A stretch of 25,605 nucleotides of DNA from a virus (IMGVR_UViG_3300037423_000021:1-25605); one strand, 5' to 3'. Positions 1 through 8,457 are shown, counted from the first letter of the stretch. Made by a program: numbers and translations. The notes: generated by a model from the letters alone, not told the origin.

Positions 1-253
1 CATCCATTTCTGCGAGCCGCCGCGCTTCCGCAGCCTTTGCTAGCGCGTTGGCCTGCGCCTGGCGGCTAGCCTCTGCCGCCGTAGCCTTGGCAATGTCGGC
101 CTCGCGCTTGTCGTACTTGGCCGACCAGACCGCGATCGCGTGCGCCGAGCCTAGATGGTAGGTGTAGCCAAATGCGCCAACGATAAGCGCGGCTAGCAGG
201 CCATACTTAATCAGCGAGGCGTAGCCACCCGTAACGGTGTCGAGCCAGTTCAT
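1..253 (-). CDS. Putative Rz-like inner-membrane spanin (3' end runs off the window)
   Basis: Not in the ORF track. ATG at 253 after AAAGGA reads MNWLDTVTGGYASLIKYGLLAALIVGAFGYTYHLGSAHAIAVWSAKYDKREADIAKATAAEASRQAQANALAKAAEARRLAEMD...: an N-terminal TM helix then an Ala-rich coiled coil, located downstream of the endolysin. Confidence 0.7.
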   Translation of the reverse strand, partial: MNWLDTVTGGYASLIKYGLLAALIVGAFGYTYHLGSAHAIAVWSAKYDKREADIAKATAAEASRQAQANALAKAAEARRLAEMD

Positions 254-351
254 GAAGGCATTCCTTTAACGTATCCAGAAATCACCTTGACGCAGACAAC
301 CGCGCCAAGCACGCCGCCAAGCAAAAGGCAGGCATAACCAACCCACATCAT
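250..351 (-). CDS. Small single-TM membrane peptide (33 aa) in the lysis cassette
   Basis: MMWVGYACLLLGGVLGAVVCVKVISGYVKGMPS*. It has an ATGA overlap with the endolysin stop (348-351) and another with the spanin start (250-253), and fills the gap exactly. Confidence 0.65.
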   Translation of the reverse strand: MMWVGYACLLLGGVLGAVVCVKVISGYVKGMPS

Positions 352-932
352 TGCAGGCCCGAAACGCACAGTTCGGCCTCCCCAATGCGTTGAGCGTCGC
401 CCATCTCGCGGCGCAAGACCAAGCCCTGTACCGTATGGCCACCAGCCTTGTTGAAGGCGGTCTGCGCTTCACACGCTTGCCGGTATTGGTTGTTCATCGC
501 GTAGTCGGCAGCGCGCGAATTGCACGAGGCATGAACGCCGAAGTTATAGGCGCCAGATAGCAGCGAAGCTTGCAAGCTCAATGGAAGCTTGTCGTAATTG
601 TCGATGCACCGCGTAAGCGGCTTGTAATAATCGTTGGAGACGCGCGTGATAAGCATCTCGCGGCATTCCGCCTTGGTCTTTGACATGCCAGCGTGCACGT
701 CCTTGGTCTCGCCGTAGCAGATGTCGTAAATCTTGGCGTACCGGTCCCAATGGGAATGCAGCACTAGGCCCTCCCACGGGATGATAAGCGCATCGACGGC
801 GAGCGCTACGGCAGGCGGTGCAGGCGGCTCGCCAGGTTTCAGCACGTAGCCGCCTCCGGCCACCGCGGCGGCTACCACAGCCGCGATAGCCGCCTTGGCC
901 CTGCCGCTAGAGCGAATCTTATTTATCGGCAT
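348..932 (-). CDS. Endolysin, GH24 phage lysozyme with N-terminal SAR-like segment
   Basis: Start moved to ATG 932 (AAGGAGG RBS). It contains WEG-x7-D...ICYGET, SGAYNFG and GLVLRR motifs. The N-terminus is basic, followed by the weakly hydrophobic AKAAIAAVVAAAVAGGG. Confidence 0.92.
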   Translation of the reverse strand: MPINKIRSSGRAKAAIAAVVAAAVAGGGYVLKPGEPPAPPAVALAVDALIIPWEGLVLHSHWDRYAKIYDICYGETKDVHAGMSKTKAECREMLITRVSNDYYKPLTRCIDNYDKLPLSLQASLLSGAYNFGVHASCNSRAADYAMNNQYRQACEAQTAFNKAGGHTVQGLVLRREMGDAQRIGEAELCVSGLQ

Positions 933-1128
933 CTTCTGCCTCCTTGTCGGGCTGCCAAACGAGGCGCGCCGTCCACGCGCCGCCAAGCAGTACGAGCGTC
1001 GCCCACCACGGCAGGAAATCCATTGACGGCACAGTGTTCAGGATGATGTCGACCAATGCCGCGAGTTCTATGAATCGCAGCGACCAGGCGCGTTTAAGCA
1101 CCCGCTCGACGTCGGGGATAAGGCGCAT
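919..1128 (-). CDS. Putative holin/pinholin (69 aa, two hydrophobic segments)
   Basis: MRLIPD..VLKRAWSLRF N-terminus, two TM-like stretches and a charged C-terminal tail; lies immediately upstream of and overlaps the endolysin. Confidence 0.7.
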   Translation of the reverse strand: MRLIPDVERVLKRAWSLRFIELAALVDIILNTVPSMDFLPWWATLVLLGGAWTARLVWQPDKEAEDADK

Positions 1129-1152
1129 TAGTACTTCCTAAGATAATAGGCA

Positions 1153-1191
1153 GTTGCGACGTCCTCGCCAATGGAATATGGATGTCGCAAC
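1153..1191 (+). promoter_or_regulatory. Putative sigma70 promoter inside a 12-bp inverted repeat, upstream of the Zn-finger moron
   Basis: TTGCGA(1154-1159)-17 bp-TATGGA(1177-1182). Inverted repeat GTTGCGACGTCC (1153-1164) / GGATGTCGCAAC (1180-1191), one mismatch. Confidence 0.4.
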
Positions 1192-1208
1192 ATGCGGAGG
1201 GTTTGCGT

Positions 1209-1406
1209 ATGAAGTGCTGGCGCTGTGATGGACTCGGCAAGACTTTCGAATGCCGAGAATGGAAACAAACCCTCGGCAATTGTTGCCCTGATGGAAGTTG
1301 CCGGGGCGATTGCCCCGGCGTATCCGTTCAGTGCGACGCGTGCGGCGGAAGCGGCTGGATTGCTGCGGCCAAACAAACGCCAATCGCTACGCAGCAACAC
1401 CTTTGA
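1209..1406 (+). CDS. Small Cys-rich protein with DnaJ-type CxxCxGxG zinc-finger motifs (moron, 65 aa)
   Basis: GGAGG RBS at 1196-1200 and ATG 1209. Sequence MKCWRCDGLG...CREW...CCPDGSCRGDC...CDACGGSG (9 Cys). Fills the gap between tailspike and holin on the opposite strand. Confidence 0.7.
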   Translation: MKCWRCDGLGKTFECREWKQTLGNCCPDGSCRGDCPGVSVQCDACGGSGWIAAAKQTPIATQQHL

Positions 1407-3567
1407 TCACATTGAAATTAAGTACTGGCGTGTCGGAAGCTGTGCCGCCAGTCGTCCAGAAGGTTATGACAAAGCTGCCAGCCGCGACCGCCGTGATGAA
1501 ATAGAAGTAGGTGTTCGTCGCGCCCGACTTGATGTTGAGCGAAATAGTGTCGGTTGCCGCGACCGTCGAGTTCGTCACTGTGAACGATGCTGGCGTGGCC
1601 GAACCTGCAGCGGTGAACATCGTAATCGCGCCGCTCGGCTTGTTGAGCGTAACGCCAGTCGTCCTAGACGTCGCTTGCGTTACGGTGCCGCCTGCGCCGG
1701 TTGTGTAGCCGATGCCACCAGTGCCAGACGACAACATGGCACCCGAAAACGTCAGAATGCCCGACGTATGAGTGACCGTATAGTTGCCGTTGGCAAAATT
1801 GAGCACACCGCCAGACGCCAGGAACAAATCCGACCACTGGTTGCTCGTATTGCCAAGCGCTGCGCCGTCGTTCGTTGCCGGCGCAGCAACAGCCGCGAAC
1901 AGCGTTCCAACCGACATTATGATATTGGTGCCGACCGACATTCGGACGGCGAGCGTGCCGCCCACATAGGCCGCAAAGTTTATCTGTGCAGTTTCGGCTC
2001 CGGCTGTCGCGTTGATAATCGTGCCGCCGATATACGTATAGTTGATTTTGTTCGGCGCGCTGTTGTTGCCGAACCAACCAAGCACGCCCAAGCCATCATT
2101 GTTGGCTGGCGAAATGCTATTGCGGTAGATGTCCACCATCGGGCCGTTTCCGGCTCCTGGCTCGGTACTTTCAAACGATACGACGCTGGCGAAGGCTGTG
2201 CTGGTGCGGAACGTCATCAACTGGTTGAAGAAACCCGGCGAATTGCCAATGCCGAATGTTCCGGTTCCAGCGTCGGTTACGACTGCGGTAACGTCAAAGT
2301 TGTTGTTCCAATCGATCACCGTATTGGAGACGCCGCCACCTATCTGAATGTGGCCCGTACCACCGATCGCTATGAAATTGTCAGATATTGAACTGCCAAT
2401 GCCCGACGTGTTGAGGCGGATCGAGTAACCAGATGGGACGAACCCACCACCCACGGAAGCGAGCGGCTGAATCGTGTTGCGGATGATACGTGTATTCGGG
2501 CAGGCCTGCGCATAAAGCAGCGCGTTCGTGGTGCCGGTGTAGGAACCGAGATAGGACGGAGTTTCCATCCAATTCGATTCGACGATGGCGCCCGTAACAT
2601 TCAAAAGGTAGACGCATTCCGAAAGCGTCGTTAGATTGTTGTTGCGGATGACGAGCTGGCGAGCGCCGGTCTTGAGCGCATTGACCAGAATGCCAATGCC
2701 ATTGCCATTGATTGTGTTCTCAAGGATGGTGATGGAGTCGCCACCGTCCTTGATGACCAACCCGTTGTTGAACCAGTTGCGGCGAATCGTGCAAGAGAAG
2801 ATGCCGACAGTGGAGCCGGTGCTATCGAACGACGCGCCGCCAGCCGTGCCGGAGAGGAAACATCCGACAAGCTCCCAATTCGAGAGGTATTCCGAACCGG
2901 TCGAAGCGTATTCGATGCCATAATGGGCACCAACATCAGTCGAGATGATCGACAGATAGCGGATGCCATACCATGTGTTATTGTTGGATATCCCGGTGGA
3001 TGGGACAAGGCTTATCGCTGCGCCAGTCGTCGTGGTAATACCAGACGTGAAAGCTGACACACCCTCAAGGACGACATTGTTAGAAACGCTGATTGTGCCG
3101 TTGATGGAATAGAGCGCCGGGAAATAAAGATAGCCGGTATATGACTGCGCAAAATTCACTGCCGCTTGGATGGCTGTCGTGTTCGCGGTTGCCGTGGCCG
3201 ATGTGGAGGCGCCGAAATATTCAACGGTCAAACGGCTGTAGACGCGAACCCATGCGCCGGCAGACGAAGCAATGGCGTTTGCCTTGACATAAACGCCTTC
3301 CTGCGTGTCGGCAGTGACTCGCGCCGAGTAGTCGCCAGCCTTCCAGACGAAAACACCTTCGCGACCAACCTCTGTCAGAAGCGCAGACGTAACAATGGTT
3401 GTATCAAGGGCCTTGAGCGCCGTTCTAGATGTGGCCAGCGAAACCCTTCCACCCTCGACGGCAGATCCCCATTCGCGAATCTTTGACTTTATCGGCTTGA
3501 ACGGTCCAGAGGACGGGACGCCATCAATAACGTAATCTCGCCAAATAGTGGCGGCGGTGTCGACCAA
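1387..3567 (-). CDS. Tailspike / receptor-binding protein with pectate-lyase-like parallel beta-helix (putative depolymerase)
   Basis: TTG start at 3567 with AAGGAGG RBS. It has an N-terminal anchor, the 'VEYFGA...NTTAIQAAVN...LYFPALYSI' beta-helix entry motif, Asn/Ile/Gly-rich repeats and a beta-rich C-terminal domain. It is the last tail gene before lysis. Confidence 0.85.
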   Translation of the reverse strand: MVDTAATIWRDYVIDGVPSSGPFKPIKSKIREWGSAVEGGRVSLATSRTALKALDTTIVTSALLTEVGREGVFVWKAGDYSARVTADTQEGVYVKANAIASSAGAWVRVYSRLTVEYFGASTSATATANTTAIQAAVNFAQSYTGYLYFPALYSINGTISVSNNVVLEGVSAFTSGITTTTGAAISLVPSTGISNNNTWYGIRYLSIISTDVGAHYGIEYASTGSEYLSNWELVGCFLSGTAGGASFDSTGSTVGIFSCTIRRNWFNNGLVIKDGGDSITILENTINGNGIGILVNALKTGARQLVIRNNNLTTLSECVYLLNVTGAIVESNWMETPSYLGSYTGTTNALLYAQACPNTRIIRNTIQPLASVGGGFVPSGYSIRLNTSGIGSSISDNFIAIGGTGHIQIGGGVSNTVIDWNNNFDVTAVVTDAGTGTFGIGNSPGFFNQLMTFRTSTAFASVVSFESTEPGAGNGPMVDIYRNSISPANNDGLGVLGWFGNNSAPNKINYTYIGGTIINATAGAETAQINFAAYVGGTLAVRMSVGTNIIMSVGTLFAAVAAPATNDGAALGNTSNQWSDLFLASGGVLNFANGNYTVTHTSGILTFSGAMLSSGTGGIGYTTGAGGTVTQATSRTTGVTLNKPSGAITMFTAAGSATPASFTVTNSTVAATDTISLNIKSGATNTYFYFITAVAAGSFVITFWTTGGTASDTPVLNFNVIKGVAA

Positions 3568-3578
3568 AGCGGCCTCCT

Positions 3579-3611
3579 TAAAAGAAGAAGGCCCGCACAT
3601 GGCGAGCCCTT
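3579..3611 (-). terminator. Intrinsic terminator between the tail-tip gene and the tailspike
   Basis: Minus strand AAGGGCTCGC-CATGT-GCGGGCCTT followed by CTTCTTTT, directly upstream of the tailspike RBS. Confidence 0.6.
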
Positions 3612-3643
3612 AAATGATGATTGGTCTTTTTGGCTTTCGCCCC

Positions 3644-5773
3644 TTACGTCACCGTAACCGAGCCAGTCGCAACGCTCGCGCTTTCAACGCCGGAGGCGTT
3701 TGCGGCCTTGATCCAGTAGTAGTAGGTGCCTGCAGCAAGACCGCCGTCAACATAACTGTCGGCCGTCGAAGGCGGCCCGTACTCTGTGCGCACAAGCACC
3801 GCAGAGCCTTCGGTGTTGACGGTGTTGCGGCGGATATTGGCCGCGGTGTAGTTAGCGCTATTCGGCGCGGTCCAGTTGATCGTAACTTGGCCAGTTCCGC
3901 CAGTCTTGCTGACCGACGTAACGACACCTGGAGCCGTAGGATCGGCCACAGGTGTTACCTTAAGGCTAGGCGTCGTCCAGGCGCCAGTGCGGCCGGTAAG
4001 CGTGACAAAGCGCACCTGTGCCTCATACTGAACACCATCGGAAAGAGCTCCTGGCGTTTGCGCAGAGTTTGCACCCTTGCTGACCGGAACGACAAGCCAG
4101 TCGGTGTCGGACACTTTCTTATATTGCGCTTGAATAATGAGCGCATCGGAAGGCGATGCATCGAACGTCAGAATACCATAAGGAACCTGCTGACTGCCGA
4201 CCGTGATGCGCGTGACGCCAAATGAAAATCCGGTCGGGTTCGGAATGGTCTTATCGACCGACGTCACTTCCGAAATTGGCGCCGTGCCCTCTTCGGTTGC
4301 AGCATCCCAATCGTATGCCGTCGATGGCATCGACTGCACCAGCAGCGACACGCCGGTCAGGATTCCGCCTTCGCCAATGACGAATTTGAAATCCTGAATT
4401 TCGAACACCTCATTGATGCCGAAAAGCGGATAGGTGATGCGCACAAACCGTTTGCCGAACACAGCCAGAGCACGAAGATTGCACTGGAACACGCCCACCC
4501 ATGAAGGATTGGCGCGGTAATAGGCAAGCTTCATGAGTCGCCGCGCCTGGCCGTGCGACGGCGCCATATTGAACTGCTTGTCGGTCGCTATCTCGCCGCG
4601 AAGCGCAACGTCCGCATCGTCAATCCACTGATCGGCGTCCGTCGACTGATAGTCGTGGAACGGCGACAGGAATGTGGCGCGAATGATGTTTGCGGTTGTC
4701 AGCACGTCCCGGCCTCGAGACACCTCCGAAAAGCCGGTGATCGCGTCCGCGTCCAAAACAACGGTCGGCTCAGCCCACGTCCCAACATCAAGCGTCAGGC
4801 CGCCATCCGATGTCGGCACAAGGCGACCATCGCAGCAGTCCGTCATGCGCGCTAGAACGTCTGCCGGTCGCTCGTCTAGCTGATAGGATCCCCACAGCCT
4901 ATAGCGGCTTTCCGTGCCTCCAGCCTTTAGCGTCACAGCCTCATTGCAACGATTGTAAGCGGCAAGCCACCCCGCTGCGGCGAGTGGTGTGTTGACGACG
5001 CTTGCCGGCAAGCGCATGCCGTCCGAATGCGTGATGTAATCGCGGATAATATCCGCAGCATTCTCCGACCAGATATTGGTCGATGTTCCAAGACTGTAGA
5101 CGATCGATCCGCGAGCCACCACGCGATAAAGCGTGTTCAGAATGTTCGGGAAGACGTTCGTTATCTGATCTGACCCGACCGCCCGCTGAATGGCAAATAG
5201 CGACGACACACCGTCGCCGCGGTGGCTGGTGTCCCATCCCGCGAATTGCGCTGTAAGTTGAGTGTATGACGTCTCGGTAGGCAGTCCAACGCGGTAGCGA
5301 ATTTCTGCTTTGGAGTTGTAAGGCGCAGACGTAACCACATTGCTGCCATTGATCGTAACCAGATTGTCATCAATCCAGCACTCTTCGATGGCGTCCAGTT
5401 TTCCAGTGCCGAGAGCAATGACCTTATAAAGGTCGCCATTCTTGCTCTCAACAAACGCCCAAGGCCCGGAAGCCTTAACGCGACCATAGTGGCGAACACG
5501 CGCCGCAACAGGATTCTTGACCGAAGTCTGGACATCCTGCGGCTTTGGTGCTGACGGGCGAAAGAGCGAGCTTGCCAGGTAAGAAAGGCCGATCGACGCT
5601 CCGATCTCAATTACGCCAACAATCGCCGGCACAAGGATGCCAAGTGCAGCGCCGCTGGCGCCGAGTGATGTCAGCGCAAGCAGGACGAGGCTTTCTAGAC
5701 CGGCATAAGCGCGCCGGAAAAATGACCTGTCGTCTTCCTGGCTAAGCGTGTTCGCTATGTACTTGGTTCTCAT
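3644..5773 (-). CDS. Tail tip / central fibre protein (lambda gpJ-like) with C-terminal fibronectin type III domains
   Basis: 709 aa. Hydrophobic N-terminal segment, 'ARVRHYGRVKASG', 'WSENAADIIRDY', 'HGQARRLMKL' and C-terminal FN3-like 'INWTAP...YYYWIKAANASG'. Follows the NlpC-like gene. Confidence 0.85.
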   Translation of the reverse strand: MRTKYIANTLSQEDDRSFFRRAYAGLESLVLLALTSLGASGAALGILVPAIVGVIEIGASIGLSYLASSLFRPSAPKPQDVQTSVKNPVAARVRHYGRVKASGPWAFVESKNGDLYKVIALGTGKLDAIEECWIDDNLVTINGSNVVTSAPYNSKAEIRYRVGLPTETSYTQLTAQFAGWDTSHRGDGVSSLFAIQRAVGSDQITNVFPNILNTLYRVVARGSIVYSLGTSTNIWSENAADIIRDYITHSDGMRLPASVVNTPLAAAGWLAAYNRCNEAVTLKAGGTESRYRLWGSYQLDERPADVLARMTDCCDGRLVPTSDGGLTLDVGTWAEPTVVLDADAITGFSEVSRGRDVLTTANIIRATFLSPFHDYQSTDADQWIDDADVALRGEIATDKQFNMAPSHGQARRLMKLAYYRANPSWVGVFQCNLRALAVFGKRFVRITYPLFGINEVFEIQDFKFVIGEGGILTGVSLLVQSMPSTAYDWDAATEEGTAPISEVTSVDKTIPNPTGFSFGVTRITVGSQQVPYGILTFDASPSDALIIQAQYKKVSDTDWLVVPVSKGANSAQTPGALSDGVQYEAQVRFVTLTGRTGAWTTPSLKVTPVADPTAPGVVTSVSKTGGTGQVTINWTAPNSANYTAANIRRNTVNTEGSAVLVRTEYGPPSTADSYVDGGLAAGTYYYWIKAANASGVESASVATGSVTVT

Positions 5774-6179
5774 GCACAGACCACGCCTTCCAGAATTTGT
5801 GGATCGGCACGGCTAGCGCACCTGTTTCATGACGCGAAAACCAGCAGTCGCCGGCATGGATGGCCGGGCACATCACGCCCTTTTCGTTCACGACGAGACC
5901 GACATCGCCAGGCATTGGCGTCGCTGTGGCCTTAAAGCCACCAGCGCGCGCCGCCCGGTTGACAAGCACCGCAAACATCTGCGGCACGGCAAGCCATTCG
6001 GCAGCATCTTCAGCGTTGCGCAATTGCCTAGCGGCTGCAGCCACTGGTGATACGCCAGCCATGCGCTGCACCCATCGGTCGATTGTGCCGCCGCAGTCCG
6101 TAACGCCCTTTTCGTAAGGACGCAGCATCTCGGCGGCGATGTAATCACGCACCGCCGCCAGCCGTTCGGCTTCGGTCAT
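5742..6179 (-). CDS. Tail assembly protein, NlpC/P60-like (DUF6950-type)
   Basis: Start moved to ATG 6179 (GAGG RBS). 'PYEKGVTDCG..IDRWV...G' and 'PMPGDVGLV' motifs; lambda gpK-equivalent position. Confidence 0.75.
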   Translation of the reverse strand: MTEAERLAAVRDYIAAEMLRPYEKGVTDCGGTIDRWVQRMAGVSPVAAAARQLRNAEDAAEWLAVPQMFAVLVNRAARAGGFKATATPMPGDVGLVVNEKGVMCPAIHAGDCWFSRHETGALAVPIHKFWKAWSVHENQVHSEHA

Positions 6180-6203
6180 GCTGCCTCGCAATATTAGTAT
6201 TGG

Positions 6204-6797
6204 CTAATAATCCGGATAGGTTACTGTTTTTACTAAGATCGAAGACACAAACCCAAAGAACTTGTCGCCCGGCGAGCGCGCTTGCTGGTCTCTGTCGGTG
6301 TAACGTCCGTAAGGTGGGCGGCTTCGGTTGAAGAACGCGTTCTCTGCAACAATCGAAATCGATTGCACAGCACCATCAGTGCCTTGCATTTCTGTGCGGC
6401 TTACCTTCGGTGGCTGCGCAAACCCCCAAAATATTGGGATTGGATTGCCAACAGTCTGCCACTCTGCGTCGAACAACTGGATATAGATTGTAATAAGTTG
6501 CTGGTCGACGGACGGGGTATCTTCTAGCGCCTTGGCTAGGAAACTCAACGCCGCATCCGGCAAACCACTTACCGAAATAGTGACGCTATCGCTGGCGCCG
6601 TTCCCTGAAAGCCCAAGACCATCAATCGTGCCCATGCCGCGCATAGGCAGATACGTGTTGCCGCCAACTGTTAGTGGCGTATAGCCGTTCCAGGCATACT
6701 GCGCGCCGGACGCCCAATCCATTTTGACCAACAGTGAAACATACACACGGCTCGACGTAAGGAGCGCTAGCTGATCGGATGTGAAAAAGTCGCTCAC
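6204..6797 (-). CDS. Minor tail / baseplate hub protein
   Basis: 197 aa, GTG start overlapping the upstream stop. 'YTDRDQQARSPGDKFFGFV' C-terminus; position between Dit and the NlpC-like gene. Confidence 0.75.
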   Translation of the reverse strand: MSDFFTSDQLALLTSSRVYVSLLVKMDWASGAQYAWNGYTPLTVGGNTYLPMRGMGTIDGLGLSGNGASDSVTISVSGLPDAALSFLAKALEDTPSVDQQLITIYIQLFDAEWQTVGNPIPIFWGFAQPPKVSRTEMQGTDGAVQSISIVAENAFFNRSRPPYGRYTDRDQQARSPGDKFFGFVSSILVKTVTYPDY

Positions 6798-7465
6798 ACG
6801 TCCTCCACAAATTGAACGGTGGGAGTCCCAAAGCGCCGCAGCGCAAGATCGAGATCCATGCCGTCATCATTCAGCAGGCGCATGCGGCAGACCGGATCAT
6901 CGAACTCCAGCCTATCACCGGCTACAATAGCCTCGCGAAGCGGCGGCCGTATGGTCATTGTGCCAGTGGTCGCATCGTATGAGCAAATCCTGTAAAGGCG
7001 CTCGCCTATAGAGAAGTGCTGACCAGGCTGGATATCTCCAGCATAGTTGACCGTCACATATATTGTCGTTGCACGCACTGTGGCATTTGCCGCTGCAACC
7101 ACATCAATAATTGGACTGATCACATAGCCGGAATCGTCGCTGTGGAACGCCCCGTCATCGTGAGGAACCTGCTCATAATCTCCAGCGCTTTCCGCCTCAT
7201 CCGGGGATGGCTGATAAGCTCTGCACAATGGAATCAATATCGAACCTAGGCGACCCTCTAATAGCACAGCGAGCGCCCTATGAAGGATAACTGCTTGCCG
7301 CGACTTCACAATCAAATTTCCGAATGTCGCCTTCCAAATACCCGCATCGCTGGCAACCACCTGTGTGGCGCCGGAAACAGACGCCGGCCCCGCAAGGGAC
7401 CGGCTGTCTAAATCGAAGGCGACGTTCTGCGGGCGCAAGACTTCTTCGGGCCAACGGATGGTCAT
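6794..7465 (-). CDS. Distal tail protein (Dit-like)
   Basis: 223 aa. 'WP..LRP...SLAGPASVSGATQVV...WKA', 'LEGRLG', 'IRPPLR' and terminal 'FVED'. First structural gene after the TMP. Confidence 0.75.
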   Translation of the reverse strand: MTIRWPEEVLRPQNVAFDLDSRSLAGPASVSGATQVVASDAGIWKATFGNLIVKSRQAVILHRALAVLLEGRLGSILIPLCRAYQPSPDEAESAGDYEQVPHDDGAFHSDDSGYVISPIIDVVAAANATVRATTIYVTVNYAGDIQPGQHFSIGERLYRICSYDATTGTMTIRPPLREAIVAGDRLEFDDPVCRMRLLNDDGMDLDLALRRFGTPTVQFVEDV

Positions 7466-8400
7466 GCTGTGGCCTCTTGCGTTGCAAACTCGTCAGGAAA
7501 ATTCAGATAACAGTCTAAACCATAACGCTCGAACGCAGCCTTGTCATATGCGCGCGCGGCGTCTTCTTGCATATCATAATATCCAAGAAGAATTCGCTTT
7601 CCGTCTATAGCGATTCTCGCCTGCCATCGCGCCTTTACCGGCGCAATACCTTTGTATTTTCCGCGCAACGGCGGCTTGCTCCCGTTGACAAACGACAACC
7701 TTGCCAATGTATCCTCGGAAAATACGCGCCCCTTAAGAGCCTCCGATATCTTTCTGCAATGATCATCTGAATGTCTTTTGCCGCGCTGCGCCGCCGCCAT
7801 ATTCTCGCGAGTCTTTTCGCTTCTATTTTTGGCGGCTTCCGACATTTTTGCTCTTGACTCAGCCGAGATGACCTTCCCTTGCTGGGCTAAGCCGACCCTT
7901 GCAGCGTGCTCAGGCGACTTCTTTACGCCCGAGAGAGATGCAGAAAGCTTCGCCTTGGTGTCTTCAGTCGGCACTCTACCGCGACTTGCGTCACCTATTT
8001 TGGCGCGAGTTTCAGCCGATAAAACTCTCCCCATCTTGGCGGCGCGAATTTTAGCCCTGACTTCTGGTGTCGGATTGAAAAGACCATCTCCACCATCAGT
8101 CGAGTTAACTAGGCGATATCCGCGAAACCGATAGTCTGCGATTAGTTCTATCTCTTTCGACTTTGCTTCTTCGCAACCAAGACCATCGAATTGAATATCC
8201 ATGTTAACGATGGCGTCGGCATTTAGAACCGACTTAATCCAATTTGTCCTGTGATTAGGGCGGGCGTCACCATTGATGTGCGCTGCAAGCCTACCCTTTG
8301 GGTTGCATGTTATACCGACATACCTAACATCGTCAGGCGTTCGGCTGTCGGCTAGCGTATAAACAACCCAAGACGGCACATTGTCGTTATCAGCCTTCAA
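7462..8400 (-). CDS. Free-standing GIY-YIG homing endonuclease with NUMOD3 repeats and a C-terminal AP2 domain
   Basis: TTG start with GGAGG RBS. VVY..RYVGIT..PKGRL..H, EIELI..LVNSTDGGDG (GIY-YIG); about 7 'G...S.E.RAK(I/M)S' repeats (NUMOD3-like); KYKGI..RWQARI..GKRILLGYY..EDAARAYDKAA..YG..CYLNFP (AP2). Inserted between TMP and Dit. Confidence 0.9.
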   Translation of the reverse strand: MKADNDNVPSWVVYTLADSRTPDDVRYVGITCNPKGRLAAHINGDARPNHRTNWIKSVLNADAIVNMDIQFDGLGCEEAKSKEIELIADYRFRGYRLVNSTDGGDGLFNPTPEVRAKIRAAKMGRVLSAETRAKIGDASRGRVPTEDTKAKLSASLSGVKKSPEHAARVGLAQQGKVISAESRAKMSEAAKNRSEKTRENMAAAQRGKRHSDDHCRKISEALKGRVFSEDTLARLSFVNGSKPPLRGKYKGIAPVKARWQARIAIDGKRILLGYYDMQEDAARAYDKAAFERYGLDCYLNFPDEFATQEATA

Positions 8401-8427
8401 TGTGCTGCCTCCATTTTGCAGTCTGGC

Positions 8428-8457
8428 ATGATAGGCGGTTTCGCCTATAAAGTCAAG
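8428..8457 (-). promoter_or_regulatory. sigma70 promoter with palindromic operator (copy 1)
   Basis: TTGACT(8456-8451)-17 bp-TATCAT(8433-8428). The palindrome ATAGGCG-N4-CGCCTAT (8431-8448) covers the spacer and part of the -10. Confidence 0.75.

Noticed and set aside
1128-1400. Minus-strand 90/81/61-aa ORFs between tailspike and holin
   Set aside because: They have no motifs. The plus-strand Cys-rich ORF has the RBS, promoter and CxxCxGxG pattern.
1225-2391. 388-aa Arg-rich plus-strand ORF, and similar ones at 9597-10412, 12246-13115 and 18213-19094
   Set aside because: These lie antisense to clear structural genes, and their composition is typical of off-frame translation in GC-rich DNA.
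7720-8070. Apparent repetitiveness in the endonuclease gene
   Set aside because: It is explained by protein-level NUMOD3-like repeats and is not a DNA repeat element.
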